From NCBI GenBank assembly GCA_031385105.1, contig JANNBD010000221.1, positions 1-40,889 of the forward strand: DNA of 40,889 nucleotides, given 5' to 3'. The stretch is from Chamaesiphon sp. OTE_78_metabat_374 (GTDB lineage: Bacteria > Cyanobacteriota > Cyanobacteriia > Cyanobacteriales > Chamaesiphonaceae). Below the pieces are notes generated by a model, which saw nothing but the letters and a program-made list of their open reading frames with translations, did not search any database and was not told the origin of the DNA. Both the position numbers and the translations under genes were made by a program. Position 1 is the first letter of the stretch. Every line of letters begins with the position of its first letter. This document shows, piece by piece, positions 1 through 9,760 of the stretch.

Positions 1-111
1 GCCATTCTCAATGGTTTAGATGAGCTAGAGCAACAAGAGATGCTGCGGATGATGCAAAAAGTAGCAGTGCATCTCGATCGACAAAAAGCCGATCTGCTGA
101 AGAACTTGTAG
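1..111 (+). CDS. 3' end of upstream gene, possibly a MarR-family regulator (partial)
   Basis: Frame 1 is open to TAG at 109-111: AILNGLDELEQQEMLRMMQKVAVHLDRQKADLLKNL*. This resembles the C-terminal dimerisation helices of MarR proteins, and it sits directly upstream of an SDR gene. Confidence 0.45.
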   Translation, partial: AILNGLDELEQQEMLRMMQKVAVHLDRQKADLLKNL

Positions 112-194
112 ACATTATTTTTTTGGCTATAAAGTTCAAAAAATGAATCTTTCAAAATATGAACTTTGCAACAAATCAACACAGGAGAAAAACC

Positions 195-977
195 ATGCAA
201 TATGTTGGTAGAACTGCTCTGATTACTGGCGCATCCAGTGGCATTGGCGAAGCATTCGCGCGTGAACTAGCCAGCAGACAAATGAATCTCGTCCTCGTTG
301 CACGTTCGGAAGACAAGTTACAAGCCATAGCAACCCAACTTCGCGATCGCCATAGTATCAGTGTCGAAGTCATTACAGCCGATCTCAGCCGTGAAGGTGC
401 AAGCTCACAGGTTTATAAAGAGGTGCAATCAAGACAATTGCATGTCGATTTGCTGGTCAATAATGCTGCCTTCGGTACCCACGGGACGTTCGAGTCGATT
501 TCGCCCGATCGAAACCATCGACAAGTTATGCTCAATGTAGTTTCCGTCGTCGATCTAACTCATGCCTTCATTCCAGACATGTTGGCAAAGGGCGAAGGTA
601 GCATTATTAATATTGGTTCGACAGCAGCTTTCTACCCATTACCTCGTCAAGCCGTGTACGCAGCAAGCAAAGCATTTGTCCTGTCATTCAGCGAAGCGTT
701 GTGGAGCGAGTACCGAAAACGCGGGATTAAGGTCTTAGCCTTGTGTCCGGGTGCAACAAACACAAATTTCTTTAACACAATGGGGCGTGATGTCGTCATG
801 GGCAAGCATTCCCCACAGCAAGTCGTTCGTGTTGGACTCTCGGCTTTGGAAGGCGATCGACATTATGTCATTCCTGGTTTCAAAAATTCTTTTGAGTCAA
901 ACATTTTGCCGCGTTTATTGCCTCGCGCTGCTTTAGCAACTCTAGTTGACATTATCAGTCAACGTGCTTTTAAATAA
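195..977 (+). CDS. short-chain dehydrogenase/reductase (SDR)
   Basis: TGASSGIG Rossmann motif, NNAAFG and YAASK catalytic motif. ATG at 195 is preceded by AGGAG; the ORF track starts at 159. Confidence 0.93.
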   Translation: MQYVGRTALITGASSGIGEAFARELASRQMNLVLVARSEDKLQAIATQLRDRHSISVEVITADLSREGASSQVYKEVQSRQLHVDLLVNNAAFGTHGTFESISPDRNHRQVMLNVVSVVDLTHAFIPDMLAKGEGSIINIGSTAAFYPLPRQAVYAASKAFVLSFSEALWSEYRKRGIKVLALCPGATNTNFFNTMGRDVVMGKHSPQQVVRVGLSALEGDRHYVIPGFKNSFESNILPRLLPRAALATLVDIISQRAFK

Positions 978-1062
978 GTTATTGACAAAGCCAGCAAGTT
1001 ATAATCGACACATATAGATTCGGGCAAATTTAGCTCATGTTAAAGAAAGAGGATAACTAAAT

Positions 1063-1290
1063 ATGAACATCCAGTCGCAAACTATTAGTAAAATCGGACA
1101 GATGCCAGAGGCACTAGTTCGCGAAGTAAATGATTATATCGACTTTTTGCTATGGAGAGATCGAGATAATCAATTGACAAGTTTAGCCTCATCAGATTCA
1201 ACAGATTTGGTAGAGTCAGATTTTGCAGATTATTTGTCAAATCTAGAAGAATATGAGACTCGGTTAGCCAATGGGGAAATTAAGTGGTAG
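1063..1290 (+). CDS. putative antitoxin, DUF2281-like
   Basis: 75 aa with MPEALVREVNDYIDFL (LP..L..EV.DF..FL pattern) and an acidic C-terminus. It overlaps the start of the downstream toxin; GAGGA RBS upstream. Confidence 0.75.
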   Translation: MNIQSQTISKIGQMPEALVREVNDYIDFLLWRDRDNQLTSLASSDSTDLVESDFADYLSNLEEYETRLANGEIKW

Positions 1291-1664
1291 CAATTAAACG
1301 AGGAGATATTATTCTCTGTGATTTTAATCCAGTTATCGGTACAGATCAATCGGGAATTAGACCTGCTGTTATCATTCAGATCGATCGAGCAAATGCAGCT
1401 AGTCCACATACAATCGTTGCACCACTAACATCAAGGATTAGGAAAAGTCTCTTACCATCTCATGTCTTCGTTCCGATCGGTATTGCTAATTTAACGCAAG
1501 ATTCTGTAATTCTATGCGAACAAATTAGAGTTATCGATAAATCTAGAATTATTCGAGTAATCGGTCATCTCGATCGAGAGTATATCATGCAGCTAAATGT
1601 GGCATTGTGTACAATCCTTGGTTTGTCAGATGATGATATTGCCCAAATTCTGACAGAAGAGTAG
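1284..1664 (+). CDS. mazF: PemK/MazF-family endoribonuclease toxin
   Basis: KRGDI..DFNP..G.DQSGIRPAVIIQ, VAPLTS and DSVILCEQIRVIDKSR are typical PemK/MazF motifs. Confidence 0.92.
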   Translation: MVAIKRGDIILCDFNPVIGTDQSGIRPAVIIQIDRANAASPHTIVAPLTSRIRKSLLPSHVFVPIGIANLTQDSVILCEQIRVIDKSRIIRVIGHLDREYIMQLNVALCTILGLSDDDIAQILTEE

Positions 1665-1677
1665 AATTAGCTAATCG

Positions 1678-1699
1678 TTGGCGTTGCCTACCACAGGTA
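1678..1699 (+). repeat. 22-nt SDR5-like short insertion
   Basis: TTGGCGTTGCCTACCACAGGTA lies between CG and ATCG, so removal restores CGATCG. Internal TACC/GGTA hairpin. Confidence 0.6.
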
Positions 1700-1737
1700 A
1701 TCGGGACTCCACTAAACATCATTTTTCGGTGAGATCC

Positions 1738-1840
1738 AACTTAGAGACTATGGGGGAAATCGAACGCGAAGCGACTGCCAGTAGGCGATCGCATTTGGCT
1801 AGTATGGCGACAAATATAGTCACCTCGACTGGCTCTTACC
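1738..1840 (+). pseudogene. 5' fragment of a Dam (D12-class) DNA adenine methyltransferase gene, copy 1
   Basis: Diverged direct repeat of 2866-2965. Reads IAFG*YGDKYSHLDWLL with an in-frame TAG at 1800-1802 and is truncated at 1840. Confidence 0.8.
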
Positions 1841-1861
1841 GGACGATCGATTCACCCGTAT

Positions 1862-1870
1862 TGGTATAAT
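1862..1870 (+). promoter_or_regulatory. extended -10 promoter element for the second TA pair
   Basis: TGGTATAAT (TGnTATAAT) about 40 nt upstream of ATG 1909, with GAGGA downstream of it. Confidence 0.6.
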
Positions 1871-1908
1871 GGGAATATAGAGAGGACTAAACAAGCTTTA
1901 GATCTGAT

Positions 1909-2226
1909 ATGACCAACATTTCCTATCCCATTTCGATCCATCCACCACAGAGCGAAAGCGATCGCGTCGAGCTATCGCAGCTATTAGAATACCTCGATCG
2001 ATCGCCCTCCGAAGTCAATCACAGACTGCAAATAATAGTTAGATCAATCTTGGCTGGAGAATCTATTTCGGTAGTCAGCCAAGAGCGCAACTTATCGGGT
2101 GAATCTTTACAGCCGCAAGATATCATCCGCGCTGAAAGTCTGCGAGAAATTATTGCAATGACAGAAGAGGAAGGGGGATATGAAGATAACTATATTCGAT
2201 CGGTAATGGCGAGCATAGATGAATGA
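1909..2226 (+). CDS. putative antitoxin of the PIN toxin (excisionase-type family, HTH apparently missing)
   Basis: Coupled to the PIN gene by an ATGA overlap. L.IIVRSILAGESISVV..ERNL and the C-terminal RAESLREI...EEEGGY resemble HTH_17-type PIN partners. Confidence 0.6.
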   Translation: MTNISYPISIHPPQSESDRVELSQLLEYLDRSPSEVNHRLQIIVRSILAGESISVVSQERNLSGESLQPQDIIRAESLREIIAMTEEEGGYEDNYIRSVMASIDE

Positions 2227-2789
2227 CTAAAAAAGCTTTGCTCGATGCTTGTACTATCTTTGGAATGCCAATTAAAGATACTTTATTTACTGCTGCATTT
2301 CAAGGAGTTTTTCAACTTTATCTTTCTGAGGAGATTTTAGATGAAGTCAGCCGCAACCGCATTAACAAACAGTTATCTACTCCAGAAAGAGAAGACCACT
2401 TTCAACAACAAGTCAGAAAAGCGTTCTCTCAAAGCTTTGTCGATGCACCTCTAGATTTAATCGAGTCCATGACCAACGATCCTAAAGATCGCCATGTGTT
2501 GGCTGCGGCTATTGTTGCTGGCGTAGATTATCTAGTCACATACAATCTCAAAGACTTTCCGGTCAGATCTTATCGAGATTATGATCTTTCGGTGTTGCAT
2601 CCAGATGATTTTTTGTTAGCTTTTTGCGACGATTGCGGCGATGAAGCATTGATAAATGTTCTAGAAGAGCAATCTCGTAATCTAAAGAAAATGTCAATAT
2701 CGCCATTACAAACTCTCGATAAGTTAAGAATAAATAGATGCAATAAATTTGCAGACAGGCTCTATATAGCGATCTCCAACCGCTTGTAG
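2223..2789 (+). CDS. PIN-domain (VapC-like, PIN_3) toxin
   Basis: Acidic PIN motifs ALLDAC, SEEILDEV, NDPKDRHVLAAA and LVTYNLKDF, followed by a LHPDDFL C-terminal extension. Confidence 0.9.
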   Translation: MTKKALLDACTIFGMPIKDTLFTAAFQGVFQLYLSEEILDEVSRNRINKQLSTPEREDHFQQQVRKAFSQSFVDAPLDLIESMTNDPKDRHVLAAAIVAGVDYLVTYNLKDFPVRSYRDYDLSVLHPDDFLLAFCDDCGDEALINVLEEQSRNLKKMSISPLQTLDKLRINRCNKFADRLYIAISNRL

Positions 2790-2877
2790 TCATTAAATCT
2801 TCATCGATCTTTTGCTCTGACGAGTTTATCGCTATCTTTGGATCCATCTATATAACTTTAATCAAAACTTAAAGACT

Positions 2878-3228
2878 ATGGAAAAATCGCACGCGAAGCG
2901 CGCTGCTAGACGATCGCATTTGGCTGGTATGGCGGAAAATATAGCCACCTCGACTGGCTCTTACCCCTACTATCACCATCACAACATTTTTGCGACGTAT
3001 TTGGTGGCTCCGCCGCCGTCATCATCAATCGCCCTCCGTCTCCCGTTGAAACTTACAACGATATCCACAGCGAAATGGTGCACTTTTTCCGCGTCCTCCG
3101 CGATCTAAAGAGAAGCTCTGATTGAAGCTATCGGTTTAACACCTTTCTCCCGTGATGAAATAGCATTAGCCAGTCAACGCCAGATAGAAGGAATTACCGA
3201 ACTCGAACGCGCTCTGCGTTTTTTCGTG
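2878..3228 (+). pseudogene. decayed Dam (D12-class) DNA adenine methyltransferase
   Basis: From 2913 it reads IAFGWYGGKYSHLDWLLPLL...FCDVFGGSAAVIINR...ETYNDIHSEMVHFFRVLRD. After a +1 frameshift near 3106 it continues EALIEAIGLTPFSRDE...ELERALRFFV, then is truncated. GGK, FxGS and ND motifs of the Dam family are present; the DPPY half is absent. Confidence 0.88.
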
Positions 3229-3575
3229 TGTTTGTCCTACTTGATGTTGTGAGTGCAATAGGGCAAACAGAAATAGCGGTGTCGTGCCGGAGGATGATCG
3301 AAGGTGTGAAGAGTATAAAATAGATAGCCAATCTTCCGTAGCGTAAGTCAAATCAAGACAATGTGGAGCAAAGCATCTAAGTTTGTCATGCTGGACAGAG
3401 GTATTGGGATACAATGGTGGCAGCTTATCGGCAGATTTGTCGGCGGGCATACAGAAATTTGGAACTTAAATCCGTAAAATAACGGTATAAAAATCTATCG
3501 CTTGGTGGCGATTGTCAGTTCGATTAATTATCAATAATTTAATAAGTTTTTTGCGTCAGCGCAGGTTAATAATTC

Positions 3576-5891
3576 ATGACTCTTGCCTTAGAACAGATCG
3601 ACCGGATTGTCGGAAATAAGCATCACAATCCCTTTGAAATTTTGGGTCCTCATCAAGTTGAGGAAAATGGTAAAATTATTTGGGTCGTGCGGAGTTATTT
3701 GCCCAATGCCGAGTCAGTCTCAGTGATGATTCCATCCGTTCGGCAAGAGTACCAGATGCAGTCAGTGCATCATCCTCACTTTTTTAGCTGCACGATCGAT
3801 CTACCAGAATTAAACAATTATCAGCTCAAGATTGTCGAAGGTGGACACGAGCGGGTAATCTACGATCCCTATGCGTTTACTTCACCGTTGTTAAGCAGTT
3901 TTGATATTCATTTATTTGCGGAAGGTAATCACCATCGAATTTATGAAAAACTCGGTGCCCATCCACTTGAAATTGAGGATATTAAAGGCGTTTACTTTGC
4001 AGTCTGGGCACCGAACGCGCGCAATGTTTCAGTAATTGGTGATTTCAACCACTGGGATGGGCGGAAACACCAAATGGCGAAGCGGGAGAATGGAATCTGG
4101 GAATTATTTATACCCGAACTCAAGGTTGGCGCGTCTTATAAATATGAAATCAAGAATCAGGATGGTCATCCTTACGAAAAGACTGACCCTTATGGATTTC
4201 ACCAGGAAGCCCGTCCTAAAACAGCGTCAATTGTTGCCGATCTGACCCGCCATCAGTGGCAAGATCAAGACTGGATCGATCGTCGTCGTCATGCCGATAC
4301 CCTGCGTCAGCCAATCTCAGTTTATGAATGTCATTTAGGCTCATGGCTCCATGCTGCGGCTAGTGAGCCAGCTAAGTTACCAGATGGGTCTGATTCAGCC
4401 GTTGTGACAGTTTCAGATTACAATCCAGGGGCACGGTTTCTGACCTATCGCGAATTGGCCGATAAATTGATTCCCTACGTGCAGAATCTCGGATTTACAC
4501 ACATTGAGCTATTGCCGATCTCAGAGCATCCTTTTGATGGCTCCTGGGGCTATCAGGTGACTGGTTACTACGCGCCGACTTCGCGGCATGGTTCACCAGA
4601 AGATTTCATGTATTTTGTCGATCGATGTCACCAAGCCGATATCGGTGTATTGGTCGATTGGGTGCCTGGACATTTCCCCAAAGATGGGCACGGTTTACCC
4701 TTCTTCGACGGTACGCACCTGTACGAGCACTCAGATCCACGCAAGGGTGAACACAAGGAATGGGGCACACTAATTTTTAACTATGGCCGGAATGAAGTCA
4801 GAAACTTCCTCTATGCCAATGCGCTGTTCTGGTTTGATAAGTACCACATTGATGGGATTCGAGTCGATGCCGTGAGTTCGATGCTCTATCTTGATTACTG
4901 TCGGGAAGAAGGAGAATGGGTCAAGAACCAATATGGTGGACGAGAAAATATTGAAGCTGCTGACTTCCTCCGCCAGACCAATCATCTCATCTTTAGCTAC
5001 TTTCCAGGGGCACTATCGATCGCCGAAGAGTCCACTTCCTGGCCGATGGTATCCGCGCCTACTTACCTGGGCGGTTTGGGTTTCAACCTCAAGTGGAACA
5101 TGGGTTGGATGCACGACATGCTCGATTATTTTGAGATGGATCCCTGGTTCCGCCAGTTCCACCAAAACAATCTCACGTTTAGCATGTGGTATAACCACAG
5201 CGAGAATTTCATGCTCGCCCTCTCCCACGATGAGGTAGTTCACGGTAAGAGCAACATCATCGGCAAAATGCCTGGAGATGAGTGGCAGAAACTCGCGAAT
5301 ATGCGCTGTCTCTATGCCTACATGTTCAGTCATCCAGGCAAGAAAACTCTGTTCATGGGAATGGAGTTTGCCCAGTGGAGTGAGTGGAATGTCTGGTCAG
5401 ATCTAGAGTGGCAATTGCTGCAACATGCTCCGCATCAACAGATGAGTCAATTCCTGACCGATCTCAACTATATCTACCGTCATGAACCCGCCCTCTACAC
5501 TCAAGATTTTGAGGAATCAGGGTTTGAGTGGATCGACTGTACCGATAGTCGTCATAGTGTGATTTCCTTTATTCGCCGAGATAAAAACAGCAGTGATGAG
5601 CTAGTGATCATCTGTAACTTCACCCCTCAACCCCACGCACATTACCGAATTGGCGTACCAGAACACGGCTTCTACACCGAGATCTTCAATAGCGATGCGC
5701 GGAAATACGGCGGTAGCAACATGGGGAACCTCGGCGGTAAGTGGGCGGATGAATGGTCAATCCACAACCGCAAGTTCTCACTAGATCTCTGTATTCCACC
5801 GCTAGGTGTATCGATCTTCAAGATCGATCGAGAACGCACCGCCGCAGCCTATGAGTGGCGCGATAATCAGGGATCGATCGAAGGCACATAA
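3576..5891 (+). CDS. glgB: 1,4-alpha-glucan branching enzyme
   Basis: GH13 motifs [32 protein letters not shown] and [10 protein letters not shown]. Confidence 0.97.
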   Translation: MTLALEQIDRIVGNKHHNPFEILGPHQVEENGKIIWVVRSYLPNAESVSVMIPSVRQEYQMQSVHHPHFFSCTIDLPELNNYQLKIVEGGHERVIYDPYAFTSPLLSSFDIHLFAEGNHHRIYEKLGAHPLEIEDIKGVYFAVWAPNARNVSVIGDFNHWDGRKHQMAKRENGIWELFIPELKVGASYKYEIKNQDGHPYEKTDPYGFHQEARPKTASIVADLTRHQWQDQDWIDRRRHADTLRQPISVYECHLGSWLHAAASEPAKLPDGSDSAVVTVSDYNPGARFLTYRELADKLIPYVQNLGFTHIELLPISEHPFDGSWGYQVTGYYAPTSRHGSPEDFMYFVDRCHQADIGVLVDWVPGHFPKDGHGLPFFDGTHLYEHSDPRKGEHKEWGTLIFNYGRNEVRNFLYANALFWFDKYHIDGIRVDAVSSMLYLDYCREEGEWVKNQYGGRENIEAADFLRQTNHLIFSYFPGALSIAEESTSWPMVSAPTYLGGLGFNLKWNMGWMHDMLDYFEMDPWFRQFHQNNLTFSMWYNHSENFMLALSHDEVVHGKSNIIGKMPGDEWQKLANMRCLYAYMFSHPGKKTLFMGMEFAQWSEWNVWSDLEWQLLQHAPHQQMSQFLTDLNYIYRHEPALYTQDFEESGFEWIDCTDSRHSVISFIRRDKNSSDELVIICNFTPQPHAHYRIGVPEHGFYTEIFNSDARKYGGSNMGNLGGKWADEWSIHNRKFSLDLCIPPLGVSIFKIDRERTAAAYEWRDNQGSIEGT

Positions 5892-5906
5892 CCCCCTCAT
5901 GAAAAT

Positions 5907-5943
5907 CCCCTCCTTGGAGGGGTGCCCATCGGGCGGGGTGGGT
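5907..5943. repeat. short dispersed palindromic repeat (double hairpin), may also terminate glgB
   Basis: CCCCTCC-TT-GGAGGGG followed by GCCC-ATC-GGGC and GGGGTGGG. Confidence 0.6.
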
Positions 5944-6068
5944 GCCATCTTCGCGACAATCTAACAATTTCCGAATGTCATAAGTTGCGCCCACCATGTT
6001 TTTTTGCGAATATGTGTCTTTCGATCGATTGTTGGGAATACTATATTTACCAATAATCGAGCCTTCCT

Positions 6069-6323
6069 GTGAAAATATTGATACGTGTAGTAATTCTAGG
6101 TGGTATCACACTACTCTCAAATCGTCTTTTCGCCCAAAACATAAGTCCTAAGCCAGGTTGCAATATTAAAGGCAACATATCTTGGAACAATCAGAAGAAA
6201 CTTTATCATCTTCGAGGGATGAGAGACTACGAAATAACAGAGATCAATCTCGGCAAAGGAGAGCGATGGTTTTGTACTGAATCAGAAGCGATTGCTAACG
6301 GTTGGAAGAAAGCACCAAAATAA
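6069..6323 (+). CDS. small exported protein with a thermonuclease-associated C-terminal (sunset-like) domain
   Basis: Signal-like N-terminus and the motif CNIKGNIS...YH..G..DY....I....GERWFCTESEA...GWKKA. Confidence 0.72.
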   Translation: MKILIRVVILGGITLLSNRLFAQNISPKPGCNIKGNISWNNQKKLYHLRGMRDYEITEINLGKGERWFCTESEAIANGWKKAPK

Positions 6324-6357
6324 CAGATCTTGATATTTTATTGTAAGTAGTAAAAGC

Positions 6358-6389
6358 AAAAAGCCATACCCAAAAGGTATGGCTTTTTT
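6358..6389. terminator. bidirectional intrinsic terminator
   Basis: AAAAAGCCATACC-CAAAA-GGTATGGCTTTTTT between the convergent 6069 gene and the tRNA. Confidence 0.85.
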
Positions 6390-6393
6390 AAAT

Positions 6394-6470
<77 letters not shown>

Positions 6471-6650
6471 TCATGTGTTGTTTTTGACAACTTATATAAT
6501 ATAACACCACTTACTGATAAATAGCAACCCCCTGTTGAAAAAGGATATTAAGATAAGCCAAGAGGGTGAGGGATGAGGGGATGGGGATGCACAAACTCTC
6601 AAAAAATCTTAAAATCTGTAGAGGTACCTAAAAATAACGACTTTATAGAT

Positions 6651-8120
6651 ATGCGGGTTGCAATTGTTGGCGCGGGATTGGCAGGCATGACTACGGCGAT
6701 CGAATTGGTCGATGCAGGGCATGAGGTAGAGATCTTTGAATCCCGCCCCTTCGTTGGCGGTAAAGTGGGTAGCTGGGTGGATCCAGACGGCAACCATATT
6801 GAGATGGGATTGCATGTCTTTTTCAATAACTACGCCAATCTCTTTGCCCTGATGCAGCGCATTGGTGCCGTAGATATCTTTTTACCCAAGGAGCACGTTC
6901 ATAATTTTGTCAATGCTGGCGGCGATATTGGCAAGTTAGATTTTAGATTCTTTCTGGGCGCGCCTTTTCATGGCTTGAAGGCATTTTTCACAACGCAGCA
7001 ATTGACGATCGTGGACAAGCTCCGCAATGCGCTGGCCTTGGGGACTAGCCCAATTGTTCCTGGCTTGGTGAGCTATGAGACAGCGATGAAGATGATTCGC
7101 GATCTCGATCGAGTTAGTTTTGCAGATTGGTTTCGATCGCATGGTGGCAACAATCATAGCTTACGCCGGATGTGGGATCCGATCGCGTTAGCACTAGGAT
7201 TCATCGATACGGAGAATATCTCAGCGCGCTGTATGCTGACGATTTTTATGATGTTTGCGTCGAAAACCGAAGCATCGAAGCTGAATATGTTGATCGGTTC
7301 GCCTGCGGACTATCTGCACAAACCGATCGTTGAGTACTTAGAATCAAAGGGTGCCAAGATTCATACTCGTAGCCAACTCCGCGAGATCAAATATACAGGT
7401 GAAGGCGATAATATCCACATCACTGGATTTGATATTGCCAGTGGCGATACTGTCGAGACAATTACGGCTGATGCCTATGTCTGCGCCTGCGATGTCCCAG
7501 GGATTCAGCGGATCGTGCCAACGGATTGGCGCACATCAACTTTCTTTGATAATATCTTCAAGCTTGAGGCTGTTCCAGTTGCGACTGTCCAACTGCGGTT
7601 CGACGGCTGGGTGACTGAGATGAAGGATAGTGCCGAGCGGAGCCAATTGGATCATGCTGCTGGCATGGATAACTTACTCTACAGTGCAGATGCGGACTTC
7701 TCCTGTTTTGCCGATCTCGCGCTCACTAGCCCCGCTAATTTCTATAAAGAAGGGGAAGGTTCATTACTTCAGGTAGTGCTGACTCCTGGCGAAAAATTTA
7801 TCCCAATGAAGAATGAGGAGATTGTCGAACACGTTATCAAACAAGTTCAGAATCTATTCCCTTCTGCCCGTGAACTCAATGTTACCTGGTCGAGTGTGGT
7901 CAAACTTGCCCAGTCACTATATCGAGAAAAACCTGGGATGGATCCATTTCGTCCTACCCAAGCTACACCAGTTGCTAATTTCTTCCTAGCTGGAAGTTAC
8001 ACTGCACAGGATTATATTGATAGTATGGAAGGAGCGGTAATTTCTGGTAAGCAAGCCGCTGAAGCAATTCTGGTTAATGCGGACAAGTTAAATCCAGCCG
8101 CACAGCTAGCCAGTGTTTAA
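6651..8120 (+). CDS. zds: zeta-carotene desaturase
   Basis: [15 protein letters not shown] motif, [12 protein letters not shown] and [13 protein letters not shown] 6651 is preferred over 6573. It is followed by an SRPBCC gene, the usual cyanobacterial pairing. Confidence 0.95.
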   Translation: MRVAIVGAGLAGMTTAIELVDAGHEVEIFESRPFVGGKVGSWVDPDGNHIEMGLHVFFNNYANLFALMQRIGAVDIFLPKEHVHNFVNAGGDIGKLDFRFFLGAPFHGLKAFFTTQQLTIVDKLRNALALGTSPIVPGLVSYETAMKMIRDLDRVSFADWFRSHGGNNHSLRRMWDPIALALGFIDTENISARCMLTIFMMFASKTEASKLNMLIGSPADYLHKPIVEYLESKGAKIHTRSQLREIKYTGEGDNIHITGFDIASGDTVETITADAYVCACDVPGIQRIVPTDWRTSTFFDNIFKLEAVPVATVQLRFDGWVTEMKDSAERSQLDHAAGMDNLLYSADADFSCFADLALTSPANFYKEGEGSLLQVVLTPGEKFIPMKNEEIVEHVIKQVQNLFPSARELNVTWSSVVKLAQSLYREKPGMDPFRPTQATPVANFFLAGSYTAQDYIDSMEGAVISGKQAAEAILVNADKLNPAAQLASV

Positions 8121-8205
8121 TAACTAGAATTTAGCTGAGATCTAGTTGGTGGGAAGTGCCCACCCTACTACAAGACTAGAACTCACCTAAAATCTACGCG
8201 CTATT

Positions 8206-8245
8206 CACCATCCACCATCCACCATCCACCATCCACCATCCACCA
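8206..8245 (+). repeat. heptamer tandem repeat (STRR-type), CACCATC x about 5.7
   Basis: Read directly. A REP-like palindrome GGTGGGAAGTGCCCACC lies just upstream at about 8148-8164. Confidence 0.9.
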
Positions 8246-8249
8246 AATT

Positions 8250-8717
8250 ATGTCCGAATGGTTAGAACATAGCGTCCAGATTGAAGTTGCTGCTCCAATC
8301 GATCTCGTGTGGAGTTTATGGCAAAATCTGGAACTGATGCCGCGTTATTTTAAGTGGATTGAGTCAGTTGAGATTCTCGAAGACACCCCCGAACTATCGC
8401 GGTGGAAGCTGGCGGTGAAAGCGTTTGAGTTTACTTGGTTGGCGCGGAGCTTGCAAGAAGTACCAAATCAACTGATTCAGTGGGAGTCGGTGGATGGATT
8501 GCCAAATCGGGGCGGAATTAGATTTTACGATCGCAAGGACAGTAGTATTGTCAAACTAACAGTAGCTTATGCGGTGCCAGGATTTTTGGCAGTGTTGATG
8601 AATAATGACTTTGTGCGAAATGCGGTAGAGTCCACACTTCAGGCTGATATGGAAACGTTTAGGCAATATGCGATGAATGAAGTCAGCGCGAGTAGGAATA
8701 CCCCAGAAGTGCTATAG
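8250..8717 (+). CDS. SRPBCC (polyketide cyclase/START-like) protein
   Basis: MSEWLEHSVQIEV.AP...VW..W and IQWESVDGLPNRG.IRFY. Confidence 0.88.
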   Translation: MSEWLEHSVQIEVAAPIDLVWSLWQNLELMPRYFKWIESVEILEDTPELSRWKLAVKAFEFTWLARSLQEVPNQLIQWESVDGLPNRGGIRFYDRKDSSIVKLTVAYAVPGFLAVLMNNDFVRNAVESTLQADMETFRQYAMNEVSASRNTPEVL

Positions 8718-8744
8718 TCACTAATTACCGCTCGTCAGTTGCAA

Positions 8745-9533
8745 ATGTGCCGTTTACTCGCTTATCAGGGGATCCCCCAATCACTCGATCGATTAATTGC
8801 TCAACCGGAGCATTCATTGGTCGTCCAGAGCTATCAGCCGCGTGAAATGACCGCAGGGATTATCAATGCTGATGGTTTTGGGATTGGTTGGTATCATCCG
8901 CACCAACAAACAGATCCGTTTATTTACAAGCACACTCAACCAATCTGGACGGACATCAATCTACCATATCTGAGCCGATATGTAGAAACTGGTTGTATGT
9001 TGAGCTATGTCCGCAGCGCAACGCCTGGACAATGTATCAGTTTGACTAATTGCCAACCGTTTCGAGATGGCAAGCTATTATTTATTCACAATGGGTTTAT
9101 TGATAAATTCCGCAGTGGACTGTACAAGCAAATTCGGGATAAACTGCATCATCACATCTATCAATCGATCGATGGTACCACTGACTCAGAGCATATCTTT
9201 GCGCTGTTTTCTAACGAACTACATACTCATCCCGATTTGCCACTAGCAACTGCACTTCAGCAAACTCTGCACATCCTCCGCGATCTGGTAGAGCGAGAGC
9301 GCACTACTATTTCAGCAAATATTGTGATCAGTGATGGCGAACAGTTGATTGCTTCTCGTTTTGCCCACAGAGCGACGGTGCCGACTTTGTATTGGATTAA
9401 AAATAGTATTGATTATCCAGACTCGGTAATTCTGGCATCTGAGCCAATCTTTGCAGGTGATTGGCAAGTTTGCCCGATGCAAACGATCATTACAGTTAGC
9501 AAAGATTTGGATGTTCAGATTACACCCATCTAG
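8745..9533 (+). CDS. egtC: ergothioneine biosynthesis amidohydrolase (class II glutamine amidotransferase fold)
   Basis: N-terminal MCRLL with the Ntn nucleophile Cys, plus NADGFGIGWY, VRSAT, NCQPF, HNG and GTTDSE. Confidence 0.88.
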   Translation: MCRLLAYQGIPQSLDRLIAQPEHSLVVQSYQPREMTAGIINADGFGIGWYHPHQQTDPFIYKHTQPIWTDINLPYLSRYVETGCMLSYVRSATPGQCISLTNCQPFRDGKLLFIHNGFIDKFRSGLYKQIRDKLHHHIYQSIDGTTDSEHIFALFSNELHTHPDLPLATALQQTLHILRDLVERERTTISANIVISDGEQLIASRFAHRATVPTLYWIKNSIDYPDSVILASEPIFAGDWQVCPMQTIITVSKDLDVQITPI

Positions 9534-9760
9534 GGGAATATTTGCCTGTAAAACTTCTAATCTAAGCCATTTTTTATTTTCTCAAACGATTAAAGTCCAG
9601 AAGGATTAGGACACAGACTGTGTTGATTCTGCCAAATTGGAACAGAATTGTCCTAAATTCCATCTAGATTGCCATAGGAGTTGAGTAGCCTAATCCCATT
9701 TTAAGTAGAATAAAAGTTCAAAGAGTGAAAACGAAGTTCCACTCTTTTTTTTTGATAGAT

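Noticed and set aside
982-1005. Perfect TTGACA and TATAAT upstream of the first TA pair as a consensus sigma-70 promoter
   Set aside because: The spacer is only 12 nt. The -10 may be real, but the two hexamers cannot work together as a canonical promoter.
1678-1869. ORF-track 63-aa peptide (also 2878-3108 and 3166-3450)
   Set aside because: These are out-of-frame or antisense readings across repeats and the methyltransferase pseudogene.
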